A DNA stretch of 64,000 nt, taken from the IMG/VR virus record IMGVR_UViG_3300000233_000006, positions 62,001-126,000 of that record. One strand, 5' to 3'. The position numbers were made by a program, and so were the translations under genes. Shown in pieces: positions 1 to 7,604 of the stretch. This stretch comes from an uncultured virus (IMG/VR IMGVR_UViG_3300000233_000006) (Duplodnaviria; Heunggongvirae; Uroviricota; Caudoviricetes). Under the pieces are notes generated by a model. It was given only the letters and a program-made list of their open reading frames with translations. It searched no databases and was not told the origin of the DNA. Each line of letters opens with the position of its first letter. Positions within the stretch are counted from its first letter, which is position 1.

Positions 1-216
1 TTGTTGCAACAAAAAAGCCTTGCCGCAAACTGCAAGGATGTTAATTTTAAAAGGCATCGATTTGTATTTAAGTATTCTTAGGAGTGCTTCGTTAAGAGAG
101 GGTAGCGTTATGTATTCTGGAAGTTTTATATTTCGATTAAAGACAAACTTTTTTTCAATCCCGTAGATAGTGGAAAGATAATCGTAGTAATCTACGAATT
201 TTGAAATGATTTTCAT
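1..216 (-). CDS. Hypothetical phage protein, 3' end runs off the window (MKIISKFVDYYDYL...)
   Basis: Read manually: ATG at 216, frame open to base 1; not in the ORF track. Confidence 0.7.
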   Translation of the reverse strand, partial: MKIISKFVDYYDYLSTIYGIEKKFVFNRNIKLPEYITLPSLNEALLRILKYKSMPFKINILAVCGKAFLLQQ

Positions 217-236
217 TGGGGTGGATCCATTTAAAA

Positions 237-268
237 TATCCTTTAGACGCTAGAGCGTCTAAAGGATA
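237..268. terminator. Inverted-repeat hairpin, probable terminator
   Basis: TATCCTTTAGACGC-taga-GCGTCTAAAGGATA just after the stop of 275..673. Confidence 0.7.
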
Positions 269-274
269 GTGTAA

Positions 275-673
275 TTAACTTAAAGTTAAGACGGGGTTGA
301 TGTAACCTGCCTTCATCAGAAGGCGCCGAATGATGATAAGGTCACTATCGGCTAAATCCGGTATCGTGATCGTCAATAAAGACGTCGTAATAAGTTCGAT
401 GGAATCGAGATTGATCCATTCTAACGCAAGTATAGTGCGTATACTTCCGGAGAGTTCGAACAAAACGTAAGTGTAGTTCTCAGGCCGATCTGGAACGCCG
501 TTGGCTAGAAGGTAAGGATAAACCGTACGGTGTTTAGATTCGACGTTATCGATAATCATTGCCGATCGGTAATCCATTATTGAAGAGACGCGTGCGCGAT
601 CAAGCGTTGCACCAAGAACAATAGGTGCCAACGTATCAAACTTATAGGTTTTTCCAATCTCAAAAGGAATCAT
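275..673 (-). CDS. Conserved jumbo-phage hypothetical protein
   Basis: 132-aa ORF in a tightly packed minus-strand operon. Confidence 0.75.
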   Translation of the reverse strand: MIPFEIGKTYKFDTLAPIVLGATLDRARVSSIMDYRSAMIIDNVESKHRTVYPYLLANGVPDRPENYTYVLFELSGSIRTILALEWINLDSIELITTSLLTITIPDLADSDLIIIRRLLMKAGYINPVLTLS

Positions 674-678
674 TTTTC

Positions 679-1071
679 TTACTCCGTATAAACGACAAAA
701 TGTACGTCTTGCCTTGTCACACGATTGATCGAAAGCATTTCAAAATCTAAATCGAAAATATTCGATTCTTTACAGCGTACCCATAAAAGAATCGCTAAGT
801 TATCTCGGATCCTACATATGAGTTGATATTTTACAGGATCAATAAGGACAGATGCAAAGACAGGAGGGATGGGGTGATTTCTTAAATAGTTAATGAAGTC
901 ATTGAAATTTCGATTCATGGAGTTCATAATAAACTCCATAAGTGCCGTTAAGGCATTCATGGCGTAAATAGAGTCTGACTGACCTTCGAAAAGTTCTATG
1001 GTCTCTTTCCTTAGTTCTATAAGGTCATCACCTAAATCAAAGATGACGTAGTAGTTTCTGTCATAGTCCAT
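679..1071 (-). CDS. Hypothetical protein
   Basis: 130-aa ORF, operon packing with 4-5 nt gaps. Confidence 0.75.
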   Translation of the reverse strand: MDYDRNYYVIFDLGDDLIELRKETIELFEGQSDSIYAMNALTALMEFIMNSMNRNFNDFINYLRNHPIPPVFASVLIDPVKYQLICRIRDNLAILLWVRCKESNIFDLDFEMLSINRVTRQDVHFVVYTE

Positions 1072-1075
1072 AATT

Positions 1076-1417
1076 TTAACCTGTAATTAAAAGACCGTTG
1101 CGATTTTGCCATCTAAAGAATCTAAAGTATTCGACGCTATAGTCGTAAATCATATCGACCTCATACCAAAAATTTTCAGAGACGTTCTGATAAAAAAGGT
1201 TGGCTTCTTCAAAGTTAACTCTTGTTTGCGAACTTAACGATTCAATAACGTCATTAATAATTTCTTCGTTATAAAATCCTGGTATGGCTGAGGACGGTAT
1301 TTCGTAACGTTCTATGAACGTTCGTATGGGAAGTACCTGGATGACAGGTTTGATGTTGTAGGGTATTTTAAACCCTAGTGTTTTTGGTATTTCGATATAA
1401 ATAAGTCTAGATAGCAT
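1076..1417 (-). CDS. Hypothetical protein
   Basis: 113-aa ORF overlapping the upstream stop. Confidence 0.75.
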   Translation of the reverse strand: MLSRLIYIEIPKTLGFKIPYNIKPVIQVLPIRTFIERYEIPSSAIPGFYNEEIINDVIESLSSQTRVNFEEANLFYQNVSENFWYEVDMIYDYSVEYFRFFRWQNRNGLLITG

Positions 1418-1784
1418 CGTCTCGTCCTTCGATAAATAAAACGCAACAAACGTTCTTAAATTCTAGAAGTTTTAGATTAAAGACATTAACTTGAGTGACC
1501 TCAAGTATTTCATCTAGAGCGCTTTCAATCGATTCGACGTACATCAAAAGGTTTACTTTAAACTCAAGATTTCCGTCGAAGTAAAGATCGATCTCTTGTT
1601 CGTAAATATCGAAAACGAACTGGGCTGCCGAACCATAGGTTGATCTAGGGATGGTAAGTAATTCACGGATGACTTCTTCAACAGGAGGAAGTAATTCGCG
1701 GTCATTTTCGAACACTTCAATTATTGAAGATAGGTCGCAGATAAAGATTTTCTTTTTTTCTTCTACGAATTCATTCGCCGTCAT
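1407..1784 (-). CDS. Hypothetical protein
   Basis: 125-aa acidic ORF immediately downstream of the IscB element. Confidence 0.75.
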   Translation of the reverse strand: MTANEFVEEKKKIFICDLSSIIEVFENDRELLPPVEEVIRELLTIPRSTYGSAAQFVFDIYEQEIDLYFDGNLEFKVNLLMYVESIESALDEILEVTQVNVFNLKLLEFKNVCCVLFIEGRDDAI

Positions 1785-1805
1785 AGGAGTGGATCCATGG
1801 ATGGG

Positions 1806-1870
1806 TCACGACCCCGAAGGCATGAGTCATCGCAGACATGTCTGCGGGACTTCCTTCGGAACGATCGTGA
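1806..1870 (-). other. Right-end stem-loop of the IscB element
   Basis: Nested pairs TCACGA/TCGTGA, CCGAAGG/CCTTCGG, AGTC/GACT around palindrome CGCAGACATGTCTGCG (1831-1846). Confidence 0.7.
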
Positions 1871-3202
1871 TCAGTGAGTGTAACGGTAACCGTCTGTTCT
1901 TGAACAGACGGTGATCGGAGAGGATGACGGGATGTCGATCGACATCCCACCGTATGTCACGCGTAGAGACCTTGTCGTATGTACGAGTGAAGTCACGCGT
2001 GACGTGTCCGTGACACCTTGACGACGACCTGACATCAAGGTGTAAGTGACGATGTCACCGGTACGGACACCGCGAAGGGTGGATGAACCCTTCGGACGTG
2101 TTGAGGGGAAGCCGTAACTGTCGGTGCGCACCATGCGTCTCGACACGTGACCGACGGCATGGGCGTTAAGGGGCTTAAGGGTTGGGTCGATAGGGCAAGA
2201 GGGTGGCGTGTCGACACAGGCGGCATCAACCCAGTGCTCCTTAGGAGCACGTAACGACGTTCGGTTCATGTGTGTCACCCAGGAGGGTGTACGCACTATC
2301 GGAACGAACGTCGAGAGCGATTTAAACAACGCGTTGTTGGACGAGTTGACAGCGGCGGCATCGCGTAGCGTGCGACGCTGTGCACGCACCTTGGGTGCAT
2401 ACTGACGGATCGCGGTATGGTGTGCGTTGGAAGTCGTGAGCGACGCGATCCAAGCCTCTATCGATAAATTCGATTTAGACTGGTTGCATGTGTAACATGC
2501 AAGCGTGGCATTATCGAGGCTGTCGGAGCCGTGGCGCGAGCGAGGGACGATATGATCCCAGGTGAGACGTTTATCGCCGCTCGCACCATGACAGTATTGA
2601 CAGGTGTAGTTATGTGCCATGCGTAGGTAACTACGCATCTCCATCCCGAAGGTGTCTGAGGTGCCTGGAGTGACGTGGCGTGTTTCTGGATGTTTAAGTC
2701 TTTGGAGGTCGAACTGAACATGTTCAGTGAAGACCATATTGAGTGGGGTGAAGCGCTGAAGTCGCTTCACCCACGTCACGATGTGATCCACCCTCGACTG
2801 CACCGATGGTGGGAGCCAACCGTCACGACGAGTGCGATTAAGGAAGCGACGAGCGCGATAGCGCGTGTGACGCGCGCGACGGTTGCTACGATAGCTACGT
2901 CGCTGAAGGAGTGCTTTTTGAATCGCGTTACCTCGATGATGGAGATGAAGCGCGTAGATGACTCGCGACCCGTTCTTGCCGTGGATAACCAGGGCAAGTC
3001 CGGTCGTCTTGGAGCCAGGATCGAGTTTAACATCTAGCGGCTGAATACCGCCACCGACTCGATCTTTCAAGACGATCGTGAACGGTGTGCGACGTAAGAC
3101 CGCAGCACGTTGCTTGGTAAGCAACTCACGTGCACGCCCTGGCGTGCACGGCATGAGTGGTTGACGCTTCGCATCAACCACGAAGACGTAGTTCTGAGAC
3201 AT
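1871..3202 (-). CDS. iscB: RNA-guided endonuclease IscB (PLMP, split RuvC, bridge helix, HNH)
   Basis: PLMP motif; RuvC-I LDPGSKTTG; Arg-rich RRSYRSNRRAR helix; RuvC-II TEHVQFD; HNH CQYC..DHIVPRS..N..LACYTCNQSK; RuvC-III HWVDAACV. Confidence 0.95.
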   Translation of the reverse strand: MSQNYVFVVDAKRQPLMPCTPGRARELLTKQRAAVLRRTPFTIVLKDRVGGGIQPLDVKLDPGSKTTGLALVIHGKNGSRVIYALHLHHRGNAIQKALLQRRSYRSNRRARHTRYRARRFLNRTRRDGWLPPSVQSRVDHIVTWVKRLQRFTPLNMVFTEHVQFDLQRLKHPETRHVTPGTSDTFGMEMRSYLRMAHNYTCQYCHGASGDKRLTWDHIVPRSRHGSDSLDNATLACYTCNQSKSNLSIEAWIASLTTSNAHHTAIRQYAPKVRAQRRTLRDAAAVNSSNNALFKSLSTFVPIVRTPSWVTHMNRTSLRAPKEHWVDAACVDTPPSCPIDPTLKPLNAHAVGHVSRRMVRTDSYGFPSTRPKGSSTLRGVRTGDIVTYTLMSGRRQGVTDTSRVTSLVHTTRSLRVTYGGMSIDIPSSSPITVCSRTDGYRYTH

Positions 3203-3209
3203 AAAGAGG

Positions 3210-3511
3210 TTCCTATAAAAACACTGTGAGTTACCTCACACACTTGCGTGTAAAGTGGTCCTCGACAAGGTTCAGCAGGCTTGTCGTGTGTGTCACACCG
3301 AGACGTTGAGCTCATCTCTTTTAATGACACACGACAGAGCGGAAGACTGGATCAGACATCCTCCGGTGTCATGACCTGCTGAACGTAGTGCATTTGCGTG
3401 CACTGAGTCTGGTCATCAAGGATCCGTAAGGATCCATCTATCAGTCAGGGTCAGGGAAGACCCTGACTGATAGATCACTCACTGACGACTGCTTTCCTCT
3501 TAAAAGTATTC
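3210..3511 (-). ncRNA. omegaRNA (HEARO-like) with 5' guide at about 3490-3511
   Basis: Minus strand carries hallmark blocks TGACCAGACTCAG, CTACGTT, GACACC..GGATG..CCAGT..CTCTGTC, CAAGCC..AAC..TTGTCGAGG..CTTTAC; first stem GTCGTCAG (3482-3489) pairs with TTGATGAC (3412-3419); ends approximate. Confidence 0.85.
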
Positions 3512-4134
3512 ATCCAATCGACGATTCGATAATCTTCGCCTTTTTCAATGACGATCGAAAGCCCTGCTTTTTGGGTTTTTACAAAGTAAAGGTTCCAAAC
3601 ATCGTTATCGATAAAATTATCGATCTCGTCAAAAAAGTCTTCAGCAAGTTCAATAATCACTGACGTATCAAACTCTGACGCCAGGGGATGGTTTGGGTTA
3701 AGCGCAACGCTTAACGAGGTCGGTGATTTACGAAGACTTACTTCAGGGAATTTGGACTCGATGTAATTTTTAATCACATTAAAGACGATGTCGATCCAAA
3801 CGACATGGGATTCTGGGAGGTTTTTGATCATACCTTTCTTTAGCTTTTTAAAGGGTGTTAGATCATAAACAAGCTCCATGTATTTATTGTAAATCATTCC
3901 AACTTCAAGAACGTCTTTAAAGTCTTTGGGGTAAAGACGGTAAAATACCCCTTCTTTGGATATTGCGTAAAGCTCGTCACTGTATAAAAAGAGTGGTTTG
4001 TTTTTATACAATATGTAAAATCCCCGGTACGCTTCTATTGCAATTAAACCGTTGAACCTAATATCGAGACGATTAATAAGCGTTTCTAATGACAAGACAC
4101 ACTTAGATAATACTTTACTTGTATAATTGGACAT
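3475..4134 (-). CDS. Hypothetical protein; last four codons (VVSE*) probably supplied by the IscB element
   Basis: 219-aa ORF; inferred element boundary falls exactly on a codon boundary (3489/3490). Confidence 0.8.
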   Translation of the reverse strand: MSNYTSKVLSKCVLSLETLINRLDIRFNGLIAIEAYRGFYILYKNKPLFLYSDELYAISKEGVFYRLYPKDFKDVLEVGMIYNKYMELVYDLTPFKKLKKGMIKNLPESHVVWIDIVFNVIKNYIESKFPEVSLRKSPTSLSVALNPNHPLASEFDTSVIIELAEDFFDEIDNFIDNDVWNLYFVKTQKAGLSIVIEKGEDYRIVDWMNTFKRKAVVSE

Positions 4135-4145
4135 GACATTTGAAC

Positions 4146-4436
4146 TCAGATAAAAGTTGAAAGAACGATGGCCATTGATGGACTTACGGTAGCCTGTAGA
4201 AAGATATGTCGTCCGGTTGTATTAAAGCTCTTGATGTTGTTGTTAGAAAGTGTAGCTTTAAAACGGTTAAATAGACTGGGGTAGTTTCTTTCGATGCTTG
4301 TGTAATAACAAATATCTTCAGGAATAACGTCTCGACCGACGACGGTTGTATCAAACGAGGTAACGTCGGATAAAAACCGGTTAAAAATAATTGTCATAAG
4401 TTCGATGGAACGTGCGGTAATGTCGACGACTTTCAC
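4146..4436 (-). CDS. Hypothetical protein
   Basis: 96-aa ORF in operon; start uncertain. Confidence 0.55.
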   Translation of the reverse strand: MKVVDITARSIELMTIIFNRFLSDVTSFDTTVVGRDVIPEDICYYTSIERNYPSLFNRFKATLSNNNIKSFNTTGRHIFLQATVSPSMAIVLSTFI

Positions 4437-4614
4437 GTATATTTTCCATAGAAAAACTACGAGGATAGGCCGATCCGATATACCAACCTAGATTACCGTG
4501 GTCACGTAGACGACCTTCTTCAGACACATTGATCGCATCGATACATGCGGTATACAAGTCATCGAAAAAAGATACGTCGGATATTACTGTGATCGTATAA
4601 CGATTATAATCCAT
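4381..4614 (-). CDS. Hypothetical protein
   Basis: 77-aa ORF with GAGG RBS; overlaps the next ORF by 56 nt. Confidence 0.55.
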   Translation of the reverse strand: MDYNRYTITVISDVSFFDDLYTACIDAINVSEEGRLRDHGNLGWYIGSAYPRSFSMENIRESRRHYRTFHRTYDNYF

Positions 4615-4667
4615 ACAAGCCTCGTTTTATATGTCTAAAAGATCAGTCTGAGTTTTTAAAAAAATAC

Positions 4668-4701
4668 ATGCTACAGCGAGCTGAGAGGCTCGCTGTAGCA
4701 T
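4668..4701. terminator. Hairpin terminator after phuZ
   Basis: ATGCTACAGCGAG-8 nt-CTCGCTGTAGCAT, with a T-run downstream on the minus strand. Confidence 0.75.
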
Positions 4702-4706
4702 TTTAA

Positions 4707-5693
4707 TTAAAGGATGATACCTAGACTGTCAGATGAACTTACGGCGTCTTTAGACGCCAGTGATTTGGGTGTACGAAGCGAAGACTCTTCACCATACTTC
4801 GCTTCGAGACCTGATAAACGACCTAGGTCGATTTGAAGACGTCCGTCCACCGTGATGGCGTGGATCTGATCGTACGCCGTCATGTTTTCTGCGACAAAGT
4901 TATTCATATAACCGACCGCATGATAGTCAACCATACACCCTAGAGTGCAGTCTTCTTTAGCGATCGAGAGAGCCGAATAAACTTTTTCAGAACCTTCGAG
5001 AACCACGGTTTCTTCATAGACCTCGATCATCACCGCCTTAGGTTGATGCGGTGTAACCACGGTATAGTCCATGAAGTTCAGAAGGTCAGAACTGTCAAGT
5101 TCCTGGTGCACACCAGAAAAGAATAAAGACATCACGCTAATGAACGATATCGCGGAAGCGTCAGTCATTGAGCGTGTTTGGCTTGAACTGTTTTCAAGGT
5201 AATGTATGAGAACAGGCTTCGAATACATTTGGGCCATGACATCGTAGCCGGTAATGACTTTGATGGTGTTATTCACTTCGATACGACTTGACGTCGAACC
5301 GATCAAGAGAACCATGACGGGCAAGCCGCGCTTAATAAGTTCGGAAGCGATTACAGGACCGATTACCGACCCTGAACCACCGGATGCCGAATGCACGACG
5401 ATATTTAAAACCTGGCTAGGTTTAAAGTCCGTCAATACATCACCGTGCTCGCCAACGATCGCTTCGTAGTTCATACTACGCAAGCCACCCGAACCGTCGC
5501 GACCTTTAAAGATATAGATCGACGATAGGTCGATACGATCCAAATGTTTTAGATTGGACATCGACGTGTCTAGAAAGGCGATGTCGTACTCGGACATACC
5601 GTCTGTATGTTTTTCGAATAGACCTAGGTTCTTGCCTAAGATGTTGACGCCTGCGCCGCCACATGCGTAAATGCGAATTTGATTTGTGCTCAT
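4707..5693 (-). CDS. phuZ: Phage tubulin PhuZ
   Basis: IYACGGAGVNI, GSGG and tubulin signature SGGSGSVIG; 328 aa; hydrophobic C-terminal tail (GIIL). Confidence 0.93.
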   Translation of the reverse strand: MSTNQIRIYACGGAGVNILGKNLGLFEKHTDGMSEYDIAFLDTSMSNLKHLDRIDLSSIYIFKGRDGSGGLRSMNYEAIVGEHGDVLTDFKPSQVLNIVVHSASGGSGSVIGPVIASELIKRGLPVMVLLIGSTSSRIEVNNTIKVITGYDVMAQMYSKPVLIHYLENSSSQTRSMTDASAISFISVMSLFFSGVHQELDSSDLLNFMDYTVVTPHQPKAVMIEVYEETVVLEGSEKVYSALSIAKEDCTLGCMVDYHAVGYMNNFVAENMTAYDQIHAITVDGRLQIDLGRLSGLEAKYGEESSLRTPKSLASKDAVSSSDSLGIIL

Positions 5694-5694
5694 T

Positions 5695-6258
5695 TTAAAG
5701 ATCCTTAATTTCGATAAAAGTGACTTTATCCATCACTATGAGGTATGATTCGCCTTTGTTTTGGGGGATAAGCAAAAACTCGTCTCTTAATTTATCATGA
5801 AAATTAAAATTTTCGACGATAAGCTTCAACACATCCTCGTTGACAAAGTGGATGATCATTTCCTTTTCACCGCTTTCTTCAGTGACCGGAACACTTTTTT
5901 TACATTCGTTTTCCGTGCGAAAGGTTTTTTCCCCACGACTTAGGAAATTAAAGATGGTGACGATATGATTTTGCTTTAGTCTAGAGACTTCAAGTAACTT
6001 TTCCTCTAAATCCGTATGGTACATAGGCACTTCACTAATGCTATCGATCATGTCTACGACGTCATCACCCTCTTTAATATCATTAAAGTGATCGGGGATA
6101 AACTGTCTTAGGAATACGTTAAGCATATTTTTTAGCACAGCTTCGACTTCGCATTCTACGTATTTAAAGTAATTGTTAAAATCACTTGAAACGAAGCAAA
6201 CGAAACGTCCTGAAGTAAGACGTACTGAAAAAATAGAACGGTGGTTTTTTTCGATCAT
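5695..6258 (-). CDS. Hypothetical protein co-transcribed with phuZ
   Basis: 187-aa ORF, GAGG RBS, downstream of an early promoter. Confidence 0.75.
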   Translation of the reverse strand: MIEKNHRSIFSVRLTSGRFVCFVSSDFNNYFKYVECEVEAVLKNMLNVFLRQFIPDHFNDIKEGDDVVDMIDSISEVPMYHTDLEEKLLEVSRLKQNHIVTIFNFLSRGEKTFRTENECKKSVPVTEESGEKEMIIHFVNEDVLKLIVENFNFHDKLRDEFLLIPQNKGESYLIVMDKVTFIEIKDL

Positions 6259-6304
6259 GACACGAACCTCTTTTTAAACGTTAACGGAAATGTTAACCAC
6301 ACAA

Positions 6305-6312
6305 GTAATATA
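6305..6312 (-). promoter_or_regulatory. phiKZ-type early promoter TATATTAC
   Basis: Exact motif upstream of the phuZ operon; 16-nt identity (AAGTAATATAGCTTTG) with the copy at 7529-7544. Confidence 0.75.
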
Positions 6313-6327
6313 GCTTTGTAATAATTT

Positions 6328-6375
6328 ACATGTCATAGAGACTGAGGGCGCTAACCCTCAGTCTCTATGACATGT
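6328..6375. terminator. 21-bp perfect stem-loop downstream of the tRNA
   Basis: ACATGTCATAGAGACTGAGGG-cgctaa-CCCTCAGTCTCTATGACATGT. Confidence 0.7.
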
Positions 6376-6383
6376 TATTTGAA

Positions 6384-6459
6384 TGGTGGGTCTGCCGAGA
6401 TTCGAACTCGGAACCCAAGGATTATGAGTCCTCTGCACTAACCGTTGTGCTACAGACCC
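6384..6459 (-). tRNA. tRNA with CAU anticodon, most likely Ile2 (lysidine type) or elongator Met
   Basis: GGGTCTGTAGCACAACGGTTAGTGCAGAGGACTCATAATCCTTGGGTTCCGAGTTCGAATCTCGGCAGACCCACCA; cloverleaf, TTCGA loop, encoded CCA; G1:C72 argues against initiator. Confidence 0.93.
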
Positions 6460-6468
6460 TGTATTTTT

Positions 6469-6768
6469 TTACCAGTTATTACCAAGGTGATTACCGAGGG
6501 TATCCATCAGAAGTTTGGGTACAGCACAAATCAGTGTTTTACCTGAACCTACAAAGGTTACACGACTTCCTTCAGTAAAGTTAGTTTCAAACTCCATTGA
6601 AAAATTTACGTTATCCACAGTAATAACGATGTCCTTATCGTCCTTAATCGTAAGGGAAAACGGACCACCGTTCTCACCCTTTTTCATTTTGAATGAAACG
6701 ATCTTACCTTCACCATCTGCACCAAAACCTGTGTAAATGATTTTACCCAGATAAGAATTACTTGACAT
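6469..6768 (-). CDS. Hypothetical protein
   Basis: 99-aa ORF, AGGTGA RBS. Confidence 0.75.
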   Translation of the reverse strand: MSSNSYLGKIIYTGFGADGEGKIVSFKMKKGENGGPFSLTIKDDKDIVITVDNVNFSMEFETNFTEGSRVTFVGSGKTLICAVPKLLMDTLGNHLGNNW

Positions 6769-6789
6769 GACAGATCACCTAAAAGATTT

Positions 6790-6818
6790 AAAAAAAAAAA
6801 AGCGTACGTTAAGTACGC
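6790..6818 (-). terminator. Intrinsic terminator
   Basis: GCGTAC-ttaac-GTACGC followed by about 12 T on the minus strand. Confidence 0.6.
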
Positions 6819-6820
6819 AA

Positions 6821-6988
6821 ACAGTACACGAGGGACTCGTCGGCTTATAACCTTATTATCGCCAAACCCAAGACACTTCATACGGGTGAGTAAATAGAGG
6901 CAAAAACCCCACCGTATACGAAGAGCCAAACCTAAGTTTACGGCCTGAAAAGTTATTATTTATTACCGACGAGTCTCTCGTGTACTGT
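6821..6988 (-). ncRNA. Candidate structured non-coding RNA of unknown class
   Basis: 23-bp closing inverted repeat with 1 mismatch, inner stem and a 12-nt internal direct repeat; strand inferred from context. Confidence 0.5.
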
Positions 6989-7001
6989 ACTAGCATACGA
7001 T

Positions 7002-7499
7002 TTAAGCGCTATCAACCTTTTCTTTAAAATCCCTAATGAAAAGTTTTACTTTTCTTACTAGGTGCTCAACATCGCTTCTTGCACTTTCTGACTGAGACGC
7101 AATATGCGACTTACGAATACTCGGAACAGAACTACCTTTAAGCCGATTGGCGGCTTCAGCGATGTTGTTCAAGTACGAGATAGCGTTAATGTAATCATCA
7201 ACGATCGAGTGTGCCATACTCACAAGACGGCCGCCTGATGCTTCGGAAAGAACCGAGGAAGGTAAACTTGTTAAAGATTTGAAAATTTCAACCTCACGTT
7301 GAAGTTCAAAAAGATCAAAAGGTTTAGCTTCGGTAGGCGTCGATACCACAGGATATGTTTCAACATAGTTATTTTTTACAACAACTGGAGATTTCTCACG
7401 AGGGACCGAAGAATCGAGAACGATCTCACTAACCCTAATCTCAATTTTTGGAATGATAATAGCCCGTTTTTTCTTTAGGACTATGTTTTCAAAAGCCAT
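7002..7499 (-). CDS. Hypothetical early protein
   Basis: 165-aa ORF, GGAG RBS, directly behind a TATATTAC promoter. Confidence 0.8.
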   Translation of the reverse strand: MAFENIVLKKKRAIIIPKIEIRVSEIVLDSSVPREKSPVVVKNNYVETYPVVSTPTEAKPFDLFELQREVEIFKSLTSLPSSVLSEASGGRLVSMAHSIVDDYINAISYLNNIAEAANRLKGSSVPSIRKSHIASQSESARSDVEHLVRKVKLFIRDFKEKVDSA

Positions 7500-7530
7500 T
7501 TTTGTGCTCCACGAAAGTTAGTTCATGAAA

Positions 7531-7538
7531 GTAATATA
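7531..7538 (-). promoter_or_regulatory. phiKZ-type early promoter TATATTAC
   Basis: Exact motif about 30 nt upstream of the 7499 ATG. Confidence 0.75.
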
Positions 7539-7604
7539 GCTTTGATTTTTCTTAGATTCAGGTCAAACGATAAGGGATGTTTCTTTATTTTTTTAAGTGA
7601 AAAG

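Larger units (their letters stand above)
1799..3489 (-). mobile_element. Non-autonomous IS200/IS605-family IscB (OMEGA) element
   Basis: omegaRNA + iscB + right-end hairpin; visibly more GC-rich than flanks; joining 3490 to 1798 restores an in-frame gene end. Confidence 0.8.

Noticed and set aside
1651..3330. Short alternative-frame ORFs over iscB and the omegaRNA
   Set aside because: They are shadows of a GC-rich gene and a structured RNA, with no RBS or recognisable motifs.
1791..3437. GGATCCAT at 1791-1798 and 3430-3437 as a target-site duplication bounding the IscB element
   Set aside because: IS200/IS605 elements do not make TSDs. This boundary would remove the first omegaRNA stem and place the TAM next to the guide. 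The 3489 boundary explains both the stem and the restored reading frame.
6372..6578. 68-aa plus-strand ORF
   Set aside because: It is the antisense of the tRNA and the neighbouring gene.
6684..6929. 81-aa minus-strand ORF across the structured RNA candidate
   Set aside because: Non-ATG start, runs through a terminator and poly-T, and overlaps a better gene.
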